NCBI RefSeq assembly: GCF_036971445.1
Contig: NC_091474.1
Coordinates: 77,872,001-77,936,000 of the forward strand
Reading direction: 5' to 3'
DNA: 64,000 nucleotides
Source of the DNA: Narcine bancroftii
Lineage: Eukaryota
Under the pieces are notes generated by a model. It did no database searches. It saw nothing but the letters and a program-made list of their open reading frames with translations, and had not been told where the DNA came from. The position numbers were made by a program, and so were the translations under genes. Shown piece by piece: positions 35,810-48,968 of the stretch (its first letter is position 1; each line of letters opens with the position of its first letter).

Positions 35810-36465
35810 GAATGGTCTGGATGGGGAAGTACACCCAAATTTATAATAAAAATGTACTCTGCTCTCCAGAACAAAAGTGCAAAACTGAGTTACAGAAGAA
35901 AGATGGGAATTGGACTTCGATTATGGTGATTTCATAAAGAAGCTGGGTCATAATTGGTGTAAGGACAGCATGACATCAATTATAAAAGCAAGATATGGAT
36001 TGGTTCAGTATAATTTTTTTTACACCAATTATATCTTACCCCACAGATGTTACATAGATCAAAAGCCGAAATATCAGAGACTTGTTTCAGATGTGGGACT
36101 GAGACAGGAACTTTTTTTACATACTACATGGTCGTGCATGAGGGTGGGGCCGTTTTGGCAAGATATCACAGAAAAATTAACCAAGACAACAGGAGTGGAC
36201 TTCATGGGTGACCCAGAGTTATAGCTACTAGGTAATTTTGTGGAAATAAGGAACAAATCTCATTTATAAAAATAGCACGGGCGGAAGCAAAAAAAAAACA
36301 ATGTATTGCGATCACTTGGAAGTCCAACTCCCCTCTACTTACAGCATGATGGACTGGAGAAATGAACAACTGTATAAAGAACCACAATTTAAAGAATAAA
36401 TAAGACCTTTTTGTCTGGCAGCCATACCTGGACCATATAGAGGCCCAGAGACATTAATAAAAAAG
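35810..36465 (+). mobile_element. L1-clade LINE ORF2 C-terminal fragment
   Basis: ARYGLVQYNF, LHTTWSC..V.PFW motifs. Confidence 0.7.
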
Positions 36466-36529
36466 GGTTATAAATGTTACTATTCTGCAACCCAAATGCG
36501 ATTTCCCCAATCTCGAGGAATTGAATTTA

Positions 36530-36760
36530 TTCAGTGAGTGCTACATTATTTCAACAACAGCATCGTGGGTTTCAATCCAGCGCTCTTTGTAAAGAGTTTG
36601 TACGTTCTGTCTGCATGGGTTCCCTTCGGGTGCTTCAGTTTCCTCTCATCCTTCAAAAACGTACCAGGATTGTAGTTTAATTGGTCAATTTTGGGGGCAG
36701 GGGCATGGGTTCACGGGCCAGAGAGACCTGTTCCCGTGGTATATGTCTAAATTTAAATTT
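36530..36760 (+). mobile_element. tRNA-derived V-SINE-like element
   Basis: gggtttcaatcc B-box-like, gagtttgtacgttct core, ctaaatttaaattt tail. Confidence 0.7.
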
Positions 36761-38224
36761 GTCCCTGAGAGATTCAAATACATGCTTTTTCAGTCTGAGT
36801 TAATTGTAGTCTAGCCTTGGCCAAATTATTTGCAGGGGAATGTATTTGATTGTTAATTTTTTGGCTATATTATGGTGTTTCACACACTCCTTTGCAGTGT
36901 GGTAATTTAATATCAGTTTGTTCATTACTTCCTAAGGTTGTAGTGTCTTGTGCTTGAGTTCTCAGCCATAGTGGAACAACTGGTTTCGCCACTGAAGCAA
37001 TGGGAGACATTTTTAAACTTCAGATACGAAACTGTATTCAAGGGTTGAGTGGCCCATTGTGAAAATACACAGTACTCAAGAACTAGTGTTAGTTTGGTGC
37101 ATGAAAGGGAACAAATAGAAGATTCTAATTGCTTTCATTCACTCAAAAATTGAATGGTCACAGTTATACTGACTTATGTATTTTGATATTCTAATTTTAT
37201 GTACATTCTGAAATTCCAAATCCATATTCAAAATTCTACCAATTACTATATGATTAGTTCTTGTGGATTATTTTACAAGTAGTTCCATTGTCCAATAATG
37301 TGGCAACTACTTCACTTTCAATTATTATTCCCTATAGTTCAGATAACTTGATTGGCATTGCATCTACTGCATTGGTACCGGGAGAAGAAATGAAGCCATT
37401 GTGCACTTGTTCTCTTTGTCATCTGGAAGCAGTGGTAACCATGGCAAGCAGCCTAATTACTCTCAATGTAATTTCTGCAGTTCTAGTGCTACAATAAAAT
37501 CTTGTTCATTGCAGCTGACACAACATACTGTTTGTATACCCTGATGGTGGTTTCACGTTGCTGAGCATCTCCCATATCACCGTGACAACTAGTTTCTGCT
37601 ATGCAACCCAAGACTCAACACTCAAAATATGTCAATGAAACTTTTTTTAAATTTATCTTCCTAATGTGGACATTAAAGGCAATTCCTGTATTCATGGCTT
37701 ATACTCAGATTCCATGGGAAGGTAGGAGGTAAACAGCCTCAAATTGATGCAATGTTGGGTGAAAGTGCTTCTATAGAACATTGGGTTGAAAATTTGAGGA
37801 GTTATACCCAGCAATATAAAGGAATGGCAATATAATTTTCAGTTAAAATGGTGTATGACGTGGAGGATGATGCTATTCTTATTGGTCTACTGCCCTTGCA
37901 GGTATGAAATTAACTCAAGATCTTATTGCTACTGAGCAATTTATGTGATATGTGTTGGTAATGGATGTTAATAGAGAGTAGCACAGGCCAAATGCATTTA
38001 GTGCAGCAGGATGATGTTAATTGTGTGCTCATTTGCCTAGAATATATTACTCTTGCTCTTGAGTTCTGGCTCTGATCTGCAGTAATTAAAAGAGGTGAAA
38101 TTATACAATTACACAAAAGACATTTTCTGTAGCCAGTAATGAGAAGGAATGTTTTAATGAACCAGTCAATTCCATTTTTATTACACCTAGAGTAATAGAA
38201 TAAGGCAAAAAAAAAATTCTGTAT

Positions 38225-41200
38225 TGTAGTGGGCTGAACTGTGTGAAACAATGAACAGGCTCTTGGAGGTTTGAGTTGGCAAGAACAGAAAGCCCTGGAA
38301 TACCGGGCTTGCTGCCAATCATCAGAGATGATATAATTTCCGGGCCAAGCATTCGCAAAGGCCGGAGCACAGGTGTTTTAAAGCATGCATCAGAGTTAGT
38401 AAGGCAGTTGGTCTTAACTCAATTACGACGACTGGTGAGTTTAGTTCATCACTAAATGACCACAGTGGTGTCCCCAATGGCGCCCAATTGGCGATTTGGA
38501 CCCAAGTTGACTGTAGCACTCAAACTGCCTACCTTTTGGACCTCGCAGCCTGTAGTCTGGTTTCAGCAGGTAGAAGCCCAGTTTCACATTCATAAAATCA
38601 CAATGGACTCCACCAAGTACTATTACATTGTTGGTTCATTGGACCAGGACACTGAAAGAAGAATTGTTGATTTCCTGAATCAACCCCCTGAGAATAACAG
38701 GTATGATGCCATTAAGGCATGACTGATTCGCATAGGCTGTTACGAATGGATGGCGTGGGTGACTGAACACGGTCTGCCCTAATGAATGAAATGCTGGAGC
38801 TGATGGGAAGCCACAGGCCCTATCTGCTTTTTGAGCAGTTGTTCCTGGAGCAGATGCCTGGGGATATTCACCTGCTCCTGGCAAATGACAACTGGCAGGC
38901 TGCACGGATATCCTCTGGCATGCACAACAACATGGAGGAGCGACCGTAGATTTATTTGCTGCACCACACCAGAGCACTTGATGGGTCAATGCTCCAGGAT
39001 GTATGGCAGTGACAACAACTGTGGACGACAGTCCAAATAAAGACCACTAGTGTTACTGTCATCAAGCTTGAGGTTCTGTGGCCCGTGCTGTTCGCCTTCT
39101 TCATACCAGTGAAACACCCGGGCAGGTCGTCGCTAGTGTTTGCGGCAGCTGGCCATCGAGACATCTTCCTCTACCTATGGGACCAGCATTCAAGTCATCG
39201 TTTCCTGTTAGATGCAGGAGTGGAGGTCAGTTTTTTGCCTCCTATTGGCTGGGACACCTGTAATGGAAAGTCTGGACCATCCCTTACAGTTGCTATCAAA
39301 AGCAATATTAGAACATATGTTGTGCAGACTATTGCACTTGATTTTGCCTCTCGCCAGTTTGTATGGACATTCACATTGGCTGATGTATCACAACCTCTGC
39401 TAGGTGCAGATTTCCTATGAGCTAACTCTCTGTTAGTGGACCTGAAAGGAAAGCGATAGGTTTACTCCAAAACATTTGAATTTCTCGCCTTGCATCAGGC
39501 CACTCTGCTGGTGTGTCATTTGGGCTTGGTTACATTCTCCTCGAACAAGTATGCCAAGATCTTGGAGAATTTACAGCCATAGTCACTCTGCTGTCGTGCC
39601 CAAGCACAGAGTCCAGCATTATATCCCCACGAGAGGAGCTCTGCTGCACTCCAGGATGCGCAGACTACCTCTGGACAAGCTACGAATCGTGAAAGAGGAG
39701 TTCAGTAAAATGGAGGACATGGGCATAATGCGTCGTTCGGTCAGTTCATCGGCATCTTCCTTGCACATGGTGCCGAAAGCTACCAGAGGATAGAGATCAT
39801 GTGGAGATTATTGCTGATTAAACGACTTCAACAGCTGACCGGTACCCTGTCCTGCTCATCCAGGATTTCACCGTAAACCTGGACAGCGCCAAGATATTCT
39901 CCAAAATCGTCCTGGTGAGGGGATATCATCAAATTATGGTCCACCCTGATGACGCCCCGAAGACGATGATCATCGCAATGTTTGGCCTTTTTGAATTTCT
40001 GCATATGCCTTTCACTGACCTATGGACTCTGTGGGTCATGGCCTCGATTTTGTATTTATTTACCTTGATGATATACTGATCGCCACCCACTCTCGTCAAG
40101 AGCATAGCCATCACACATCAACTATGCCAAGAACTATCAATCCAGCTAAATACCAGTTTGGCCTGTCCTCCATTGATTTCCTCGCCCATCAGATTGATCG
40201 GCATGGAGTGGTGCTTCTCCCCACTAAGGTGGAGGCAAAAAGAAAGTTCTCCAGGCCAAACACGGTTAAAGTACTGCAAGAGTAAATTTTTGCCATTGGC
40301 AGCCTGATGTTTTTCTGGGCAACCCAGAGACCTGAACTAGGATGAGGAAATAAGCTGCTTTCGACAAAGCCAGGGAAGCACTGGCCAACATGACCATGTT
40401 GGTGCACCCTTGACCCAATGTGCCCACAGCTCTCACAGTTGTTGTATCCATCATGGCCATCTGCCATTTCAGGTACTTTCTCAAAGGAAGAAATTTTTCA
40501 GTATTCGCAGACCACAAGCCCCTGTAGTTTTTCTTTGCTAAGGTTTCAGACCTATGGTTGGCAAGGCAACAGAAGCGTCCGTGAAGCCAAGCCAAAGATA
40601 TCAACATATACCACATCCATTTACCATATTGTGGGGAAAAAGAATCACATAGCAGATGTGCTATCTCACACACCAGTCCATTCAGGCATGGCCTCCATGT
40701 TTAAACTATTCAGCTCTCACAGTAGCATAGCAGGAGGAGGATGACATCGCTGCCTACCATACTGCAGTATACAGTCTTAAGCCGGAGGATTTGAGATTCA
40801 GACCTTCAACGGCTACAATCCTTATGTGATGTGTCCACAGGGCAGTGCCGACCAATTATGCCTTTAGCTTGGAGATGCCAAGTATTTGACACGATACATA
40901 GCCCCTGGTGCATCCTTTTATACAAGCCACCATGCACTAGTAGCAGGAAAATTTGTATGGCACGGCCTAAGGAAATAGGTTGCACACTGGGCCAGAACTT
41001 GTGTACAATGTCAGACCTCATAATCACGGCGGCATATAAAAACACCACTCCAATCTTTTCCCCTCGTACACAAGCATTTTGACCACGTACATATAAGATG
41101 TCATGGAATCATTACCACCATTGTGAGGGGCCAGGTACCCTCTGATAATGATTGATAGGTTTACAAGGTGGCTGCAAGCTGTCCCACTCACTCACAGACA

Positions 41201-42033
41201 CCTCCTTTGTGTGGTGTGTGCCAGAGTATTTATTGCAAACTAGGTGGCTTGTTTTGGGTTACCTGTGGACATAGGTGGGGGGGCCGGCGCACAATTCACA
41301 TCAACCTTGTGGACAGCACTAGCCGGCTACTTGACACAAAGTTGCATCATACCAAGGTGTACCATCCACAATCCACCGCCATTTGAAGTTGGCCCTCATG
41401 GCACGCCTTAAAGACCCTGATTGGATAAATGAGTTGCCTTGGGTGATGCTGGGCATTCATTTGGAACCAGAAGAGGATCTGGCCATGTCTTCTGCTGAGC
41501 TAGTGTATGACATGTCACTCACTGTTTCGGGGAGTTCACGCCAGTGGCAAGAGGATAGATGGATTTTCCCTCGGCACTCCTAACAAGGTTTTGGGAGAAA
41601 GTCAGCATGTCAGCACCTGTTCGTACCTCAAGGCATGGTGCAACCACTCATATATCCCAAAGGACTCAAGGACTGTGAATATGAGGAAAGTGACACGCAT
41701 TATGCCTCTCGACGAGGGCCCATTCAGAATGATTCGGCATGACAGCATAACTTGTGTAGTGGACATGCAAGAGACCACCATGATTGACCGCCTCAAGCCA
41801 GCACACATGGAATGGCAGCAACCAGTGACAGTTGCATGGCCGCCAAGGAGAGGTCTCCCACCTAAGGAGGCATCGGGGTATATACAATGGGAAATGACAT
41901 CATTTCTAGGCTGAGCATCGTGAAGGCTGTTGGGAGCGCGGGTGTTTTAAAAATGCACATGAGTTGAGTAAGGCAGTTGGTTTTAACTCAATTACAGTGA
42001 CTGGTGAGTTTAGTTCGTCACTAAATGACCACA
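38225..42033 (+). mobile_element. decayed Gypsy/Ty3 LTR retrotransposon (CsRn1-like)
   Basis: 5' LTR 38225-38464 and partial 3' LTR ~41891-42033 share ...ctaaatgaccaca; PBS-like tggtgtcccc; gag KLPTFW..PVVWFQQVEAQF, protease FLLDAGVEVS, RT FIYLDDILIA, integrase YHPQS; many stops. Confidence 0.85.
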
Positions 42034-42379
42034 GAATCAAATAGTTTACAAAATGGACTCTGAATATTCATCTGTGAACCTGTGGTCCCCCACTCCACAT
42101 TTTTATTCAGATGTCCTCCTGATTTTTGGTGTACCTTAGGAAGGACCCAGGCCTGTGATGTTGACTGCCCTTTGCTTTTCACGATTACTGACTAAATCTC
42201 AGCATATGCAAATTTCGTGTTTACCTGAATTTTGCTTCATTTATTTTCTTTTGAACCAAGTGAACAAAGAGTCATGCTCAATTTAAACCTGATTCGATCG
42301 TTTTAAATCTTGACAGCCCCAAATACAGTGGCAAGTATGGGGATATTTACTTTCTGTTGTATTTTTGATTGCTCTCTAC

Positions 42380-42660
42380 ACTGTCCACAGCTGTACCAAT
42401 CTTTGGTTCATTTGAAAACAACAGAGGACCCAATGCTAAACCCTGCAGAATACCACCTGTCATGGATCTCAAGCCAAAATGTCTCCCTTCCACCACTACC
42501 TGCTGTCTTTTACAGGCAAGACCATTCCAAATCCAAACTATCAATTCACCATGGATCCCATGCACCTGTACCTTCTGACGATATCCACTGCCCTACCACA
42601 ATCAAGCCATTTTTATCACTTCCTCAATAAAAGCTTTTTCAAATTTGTAAGACATGATAG
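42380..42660 (-). mobile_element. CR1 LINE RT fragment
   Basis: HGIHGELIVWIWNGL..RQQVVVEG, GGILQGLALGPLLF. Confidence 0.6.
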
Positions 42661-43914
42661 TTGATAGGACCCTGATAAATATACACACAAGGGTATCCTA
42701 GTTTTCATTTTCCTCCTGATACAAGCTTGGACTAATCTCGTAAAAAAAAACACCGCCAGCTTCCAGATTGCAACAATCACTGACACTTAAACATTGTCAA
42801 AAACAAACTAGTACTGGCCCTTCCAGGATTATGATTGAATGTTTCCCATATCTGGAAGTAACAGATTGTCATACAAACATTGACTTAGTTTTTCCATTAT
42901 GAAATCATCCCAACCTGCTGGGCATGTCTTGCAGATATACATTTTGGACTTTTCAAATTCTCCTTGAATTTTCACTCTCTTAACTGATCTCATTGCTTTT
43001 ATTCCATATTTTATTCTCTCTACCTGCTCCATTGACTAGATGACATCTACTACTTACCCAATGGGAACCCTGGCCTTGCTCTATTGGAGATTGCCAAATC
43101 AATCCTTCCCCTACATTTCTGATTTCTACCTTGTTTTCTCTCTTTCCCAGTTCTGTCCAAGGGTCCCTTATTCTGAACCACAGTGAATAGTGAACCACAG
43201 ACACTGCCTTGCTTTGACTTTATCATGCATTATTTTTTATTTATTTTGGAAGGTGGTTTATATAAATGTTTTGCTCCGTGATGCTGCTGCAATACAACAA
43301 ATTTTGTGACCTGTTCATGACAATAAATTAACCCTGTTTTTTTTTTCCCATTTACACAGTCTGACCTGTTGAATGATTCCAATATTTTCTTTTTTTTATT
43401 TCAGATTTTCTGTTTTAATTTCATTTTAATGTTCACATTAATATAATTGTTTATTTAAATAGCTTGATTTTGGCATCAAGATTTTCAGGCTTCTAAATAA
43501 AACTTGCATCATTATCAAGATCTAATATTTTGCCTGTAGTTGGCTCTTTTGGTTGGATTTGGAGGTCATTTGAAAGTTTGACAAAATAACATATTTCCTC
43601 TTTACTCCTTTTTATTTTCTGCAATTGACCGTTCAGAGTCCTGGGATAGGAATGTGGGTTTGCCTTTTCACACTTGACCACCCTTAACTGGGACACTGAA
43701 TGATTTCACACTTGCAAGGAGTCATCCCCAGGGTTAGGACTGTTCTACCTTCTACCAGTGATGTCATGACGCATCAAACGATAGTGGACCTGCCCTAAAT
43801 CTTATATTTGAGCAAAATTAATCATGCCTAATTATAACATAATTAAGCTTTATGTACAGCACAGAATGAGCCCTTCAGCCCCTGTTGTTGTTGTGCTGAC
43901 CTTTATAAACCTCT

Positions 43915-44230
43915 ATAAGGGACTGTGGTAAAGTACTAGCAATAAATAGCAATAGTGGACAATTATTAGACAGTGTGGGAACGTTGGTAGCACTATAAGT
44001 GCTCAATTTATATAGAGTGAGAAAGTTTATAGCACTATAGCGTACAATTTGTATAGCATGGGAACGTTGGTAGCGCTATTGTGTACAATTTATAAACAGT
44101 GTATAAAGCGATGGCGGACTTGCCCTCCCAGAGAAAGGGCTGTGTGCCCGGCTGCATGAACGGATCATTCATGGCGGGGTCTCTCTGCTGGACAGCATTC
44201 TGAGAAGTCAGGTCTGCCATTGCTTTCTCC
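43915..44230. repeat. unclassified insert: degenerate tandem repeats plus 122-nt hairpin
   Basis: tgggaacgttggtagc twice; inverted arms 44105-44122 / 44209-44226. Confidence 0.6.
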
Positions 44231-44235
44231 CATAA

Positions 44236-44344
44236 TCAGGGAGAACGTACAAACTTCTTGCAGACAGCGTGGGACTTGAACCCTGATCCCGATCGCTGGT
44301 GCGTAAAGGCATTGAGCTAACCACTGTGACAACCATGCCGCCCA
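44236..44344 (-). mobile_element. V-SINE-like head fragment
   Basis: gggagaacgtacaaac...ttgaaccc...gctaaccac. Confidence 0.65.
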
Positions 44345-44499
44345 AACACTGGCTCATTCTTCCTGTGACCAACCATGGATCCAAGCAGACATTATGTACA
44401 GAGAGGCTTCAGTATGTGTGTCTCTGCTACCTAGCATCATCAATATAATGCCCACTTTCTTCCTGATGGATTTGACAAATAATTCTATTCAATACATAA

Positions 44500-45190
44500 A
44501 TCATTTGACATTCTAAGCAAGTTCTATTTGCCTGCACTTGGTCCAAATCCTTCTTATGAACATACTTATCTAAAGGTTTTTTAAATGTTGTAATTGGACC
44601 TGCTTCTATAGTTTCCTTTGGCAATTTGTTCCAGATACTGACTATCCTTGGTGAAAAATAGTTGCCCCTTAAGTTCCTCTCAAATTTTCCCCCTTTTGCC
44701 CTCTCATTCTAGAATCACCTGGAACCACTCGGCCAGGTTTGTCGCATTATTTTAATGTTCACGAGGATGCTCATAAGTGCTAGGGGTTATTTTGAAGAAG
44801 AGCTTGTGATTTCATCCTCCTTTCCACTAACACATGGCAAAAAAGGGCAGACTGTCACCTGTGTTACACAAGAACATACGAAGTTGGAGCAGGAGTCGGC
44901 TCTCTGGCCCATTAAGACTTCTCTGCCATCTCATGAGATTGTGGCTGATCTGATGGTCAGCTCATCCCCATCTACTGATCTTTACCTCATATCCCTTAAT
45001 TCCCTTACTATGTAAATATCTATCCAACTCTGTCTTTAATGTTGTTACTGAGGACGCCTCCACTGCCTCAATGGGCAGCAAATTGCACAGATTCACCATC
45101 CTCTGGTTAAAAAAAATCCTTTCTTATCTCTGTCCTAAATCTACTACCCTGAATCTTGAGGCTATCTCCCCTACCAATGGAAACAACTTG
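44500..45190 (-). mobile_element. CR1 LINE 3' fragments (two pieces)
   Basis: LPKETIEAGPITTFKKPLDKY and tail cctgctccaacttcgtatgttctt on minus strand. Confidence 0.6.
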
Positions 45191-45310
45191 CTCTATTCTG
45201 TATTTATTTTAGTTTAATTAAACTTTAGCTCTTTATATTTCCATACATTTGGCTCTTAACTTGATCTCCAAAATCAATACCACAACATTGTTTTAGAATA
45301 TATTACCTTG

Positions 45311-45840
45311 GAAAGCAATTCAACTGTTTTTGGAACATTTGTATAAGATTAAAATATTTTAGACCCGACAATATTTTTGTTGGGTAAGTTGAAACCTTTG
45401 AAAGATTTGGGACTAGATAAATTTCAGATTGCTTTTGTATATTTAGCTTTATCTGTAGCAAAAAAATGTATAGCAAGAACATGGAAAAATGCTAATGTGA
45501 TTGATATTAACAGATGGCAATAATGAGATGAAAACTTGTTTGGTAATGGAAAAAATTACGTATGTTTTAATTATTCTTTTTTTCTTAATAAGTGGTCTTT
45601 ATATTCAGAATATTTACATTTAAATTTATTTTGATTAGATTTTAGTGAATATCTTTTAGTTTATATTTTAGTTTTTTTTTCTTTTTGGCTCTCCTAAAGA
45701 GAGCTGGCTGAGAGAGGGAGGGGGGGGGTTTCTTTTTTCCTTTTTATTAATTTTTTTTTATTGTTCACAATATGTATCTTTTTCCCACTGTATGTAATGA
45801 CCTTGTTGAATTAATAAATAAAGTTGTGAAAAAAAAAAAG
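45311..45840 (+). mobile_element. 5'-truncated L1 insertion with TSD
   Basis: AATAAA + poly(A); 10-bp TSD TATTACCTTG at 45301-45310 and 45841-45850. Confidence 0.85.
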
Positions 45841-46412
45841 TATTACCTTGCACATGCTAACTCTTCAAAACACCCAAAGCTATAGTAACATTTTGTTGCT
45901 TTGGAAGTCATTACAGGTCCTCCATGGGTTATGAATATATAACATATGGAGATACATGTGTTTGGGAGACTGGCAGGATAGATGGAGTTGGACTTGCTGG
46001 CTGCAGCAAGCACCGACTGGTAGGTGGGAACAGGGCATGCCAACATGCTGGGAGGGTTGAGGAGACGCGCTGAGTCAGCGGCCACTCGTCCCCCACCTGC
46101 GTGCTCTTTCATTGCAACTGTTTCTGTGATCCTCTCCCACATACTGTTCAGTTCCGACTTGTGAAACATTCTCAGAAATTGAACCCAGTCATTCTGCACC
46201 TCATATGACACACGTTAGATCTCCTGACACGTGTAAGATCTTGTGATGAGTCCTGTCACAACAGATTTCAAACTCTTTTGGTCTGTTGTGTCTCAGATTA
46301 TTATAAATCACTTGACAAAAATGATGAAGTAGTTAAAGTCGTTCTTTTTTGCTTGGTTTCATATATTGATTAGCAGTTTTTCCTGTAACTAAATTCTTTG
46401 ATTCCATTGCAG

Positions 46413-46504
46413 GAAGAAGCATGAATGGCCCTACTCTTGCATTAAGAAATTCAAAAGTTGCAAGCTGAATCATTCTAAACCAAGCAGAATGTGGTAAAAG
46501 AAAC
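46413..46504 (+). other. DLG5: 5' UTR part of DLG5-family exon 46413-46523, containing 15-codon uORF (46421-46468)
   Basis: Acceptor ttctttgattccattgcag; all three frames closed across the exon. Confidence 0.55.
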
Positions 46505-46523
46505 ATGGCTGAGGATTGTGTTG
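46505..46523 (+). CDS. DLG5: predicted first coding segment MAEDCV(G) of DLG5-family gene
   Basis: Strong Kozak AAACATGG; donor TTG|GTGAGT; phase 1 joins in frame to the 62013 exon. Confidence 0.6.
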
Positions 46524-48329
46524 GTGAGTTTGCTGTTACTGGTTGTTTTGAATATTAATTATGGCCACAGTAGGGTTAACAATAAGTTACCTACAAATTA
46601 GCAGTTAACAAAAAATGATGGCTGATGTCAGTGTATTTAAATGCACATAACTTCAGTTTTAAAGATATGAATTCAATTCAGGGTTTGTATTTTTTACTTC
46701 CAGAAGTTAACTAACTGGCAGTGCTGTGTAATAAAGCAGAATCTGTAGAAAATAATCGAGCAGCAATTATGGATAGAGAATCAATTAAAATTTCAATGAC
46801 CTCTTTATGGAGAACATGTCATAGTTACATTTTTATTTTTAAGCTATATCACTGTGTAGCTTGCTCAATTGTTTCAGATTCTGACTATATTTCTTTGATT
46901 TTTATTTCCTTCTCTACAGAATTAGTTAAACCAGTGGATCTTGCCACTAGAAAGTCTGCAGTTTTTTTTTTAGTCTACATTTTTTTTTACTAACTTCATT
47001 CTTCATTTCCCTTGTGTGATTTCAATAAACACTGCTTGAGTGGGAGAAAGAAAATCTGTTTTTTTTTAAAGTATAGTACCAGTTCTTGTTGAGGTAATAT
47101 TTCAGATAAAAACATATAGGAAGTTGATGCAATTTTTATGTCAGGCAAGACAATTATCTAAACATTTTTATCGTGAAATTGGCGAAGTTAATTCAATAGT
47201 TAAATGAGATCAATGGCAGTTTAGTGAGTACTTTCAGATTTGTGTTCATTTTTTAAAATCACATTCAAAAGAATTTGAGAGGAGTTAGGCAAAGCTGAAT
47301 CAAGTAGAGTGTATGCAAGATTAAGTTTGCTTTTGAGTAAATCCAGTGGGGCTTTCACAGTCTGCTGTGATGAAGAACTGAGTTTGTATATTTACTGTGA
47401 ACATTCAGTGTATTAAAGCACTTCACAGCCTCTATAACTTTTGAGGTCATTTGGTGTTGTAATGCAGACAAATATGCCATTCAGTTTGTGCACAGGATCC
47501 CACAAGAAGGAATACGATGATCAGATGATCTCTTTTAGTTGTTGCTTCAGGAATATTAAAAAACCCAACTTTCTTCTTTAGAATAGTGCCATGGATACAT
47601 ACATCTTAAAGCAACTCTAAGATATCAGCATATCCTCCACAGCATTCATGTCTACATTATTAGTTATTGGTATCAAACTTTTAACTTGTTGATGCTACAA
47701 CAAAATAAGTAATAGAAAGAAAATAAATTTGGAAGCCCTTCTGAATTTTGGCTTTGTTCAGAAAAAAAATGTTGATCAAAGGTTATTGTGCAAAAAGATT
47801 AACTGTGTTGCAAAGATAGTGTCTGACCTCTTGAGCAATTAAAATACTCTTGAACAGATTAAAAATCTTATCTTTCTTGGGTTGACTGTCAGTTTTGATG
47901 GGAAAGCACTAATTTCCCATGCTCCCAGCTATTTACATACGAGGTACCTTGCGGTTGCCAATTAACCAATAGCCACCAGACATGGAAAGGGAGACAAACA
48001 GAAGCACCTGGGGGAAGAGCTTTCAATCCATTGGGAGAAAGTGCACACTCTAGTCGGACAATGATGCAGGTCTGGAACAAGCTCTATTTGCAGGAGCTGT
48101 CAGACGTTTGCAATACCTGCAATGGTATTGTGCTGCATTTGTGAGACCACATCTGAACATTTTAGTGCTTATTTAAGAAGGGTGTTAACGTTTGAAGTGA
48201 TTCAGGTTAAACAAATAGATGGAATGAACTAGTTGTTTTGGTTGTTAGACATATTGAGTCAGATTCACGATGATATTGAATGGTGGGGCAGGATGGCTGA
48301 GTGGCTTACTCCCACTCCTAAATCACATA

Positions 48330-48968
48330 CAGTAAAACCCCAATATCCAGCACCTACGGGGATTGGTAAGATGATGGATAAGTGAATTTTCTGGTTGCCT
48401 GAGGCTTTTTATTACAATGCATAACTAATATACCTGCATTAAGAATGAACAGTTTAAAAAAACAAAAATACTATACTTGCACTGAATAAACTTGCATGAA
48501 TATATAAGCCTTAAAACATTTTACTTTATTTTCAGTTACATTTTTTTAAAAATATTTAGCCGTCGCGCATCTGCAAGTTCCTCCCCTCCACGAAGTTACC
48601 CAAAAGACAAACAATAACATCACAGATAATTAACTCCGCCCCCTTCCTGAGTTTACAGATAAAGCCTCTGACTGGGGCAACTTGTACTAAGTGGGGTAAG
48701 GAGATCTTTAAGAGAGTCACCCCAATAGCAAGAGGCATCAACCAGCTCTTCATCCTGGGCAACGTCATTTTATTCAAATAGCTGATACGAGCAAAGCAGA
48801 CCGCTGGCTGAATATTTGCTCCCATCTTCACCAAAGGTTTATGTGTTACTTTTACAATTTCAAATTTGCTTTTTTTTTTAAAGCCTATTATTTCTGATTT
48901 ATTTTAATTTTTAAAATTTATTTTCCTCATATTTTTTTGCCAGTTGCTTTAATTCTGCATACCAGGGG
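48330..48968. mobile_element. non-autonomous deletion derivative related to the 10230-12574 Tigger
   Basis: ta|cagtaaaaccccaatatccagcacctac and ttgccagttgctt-aattc match the two ends of the Tigger. Confidence 0.7.

Noticed and set aside
35185-36465. Twin-primed (inverted) single L1 insertion
   Set aside because: Both halves cover the ORF2 C-terminal region and look like different subfamilies; no shared TSD found
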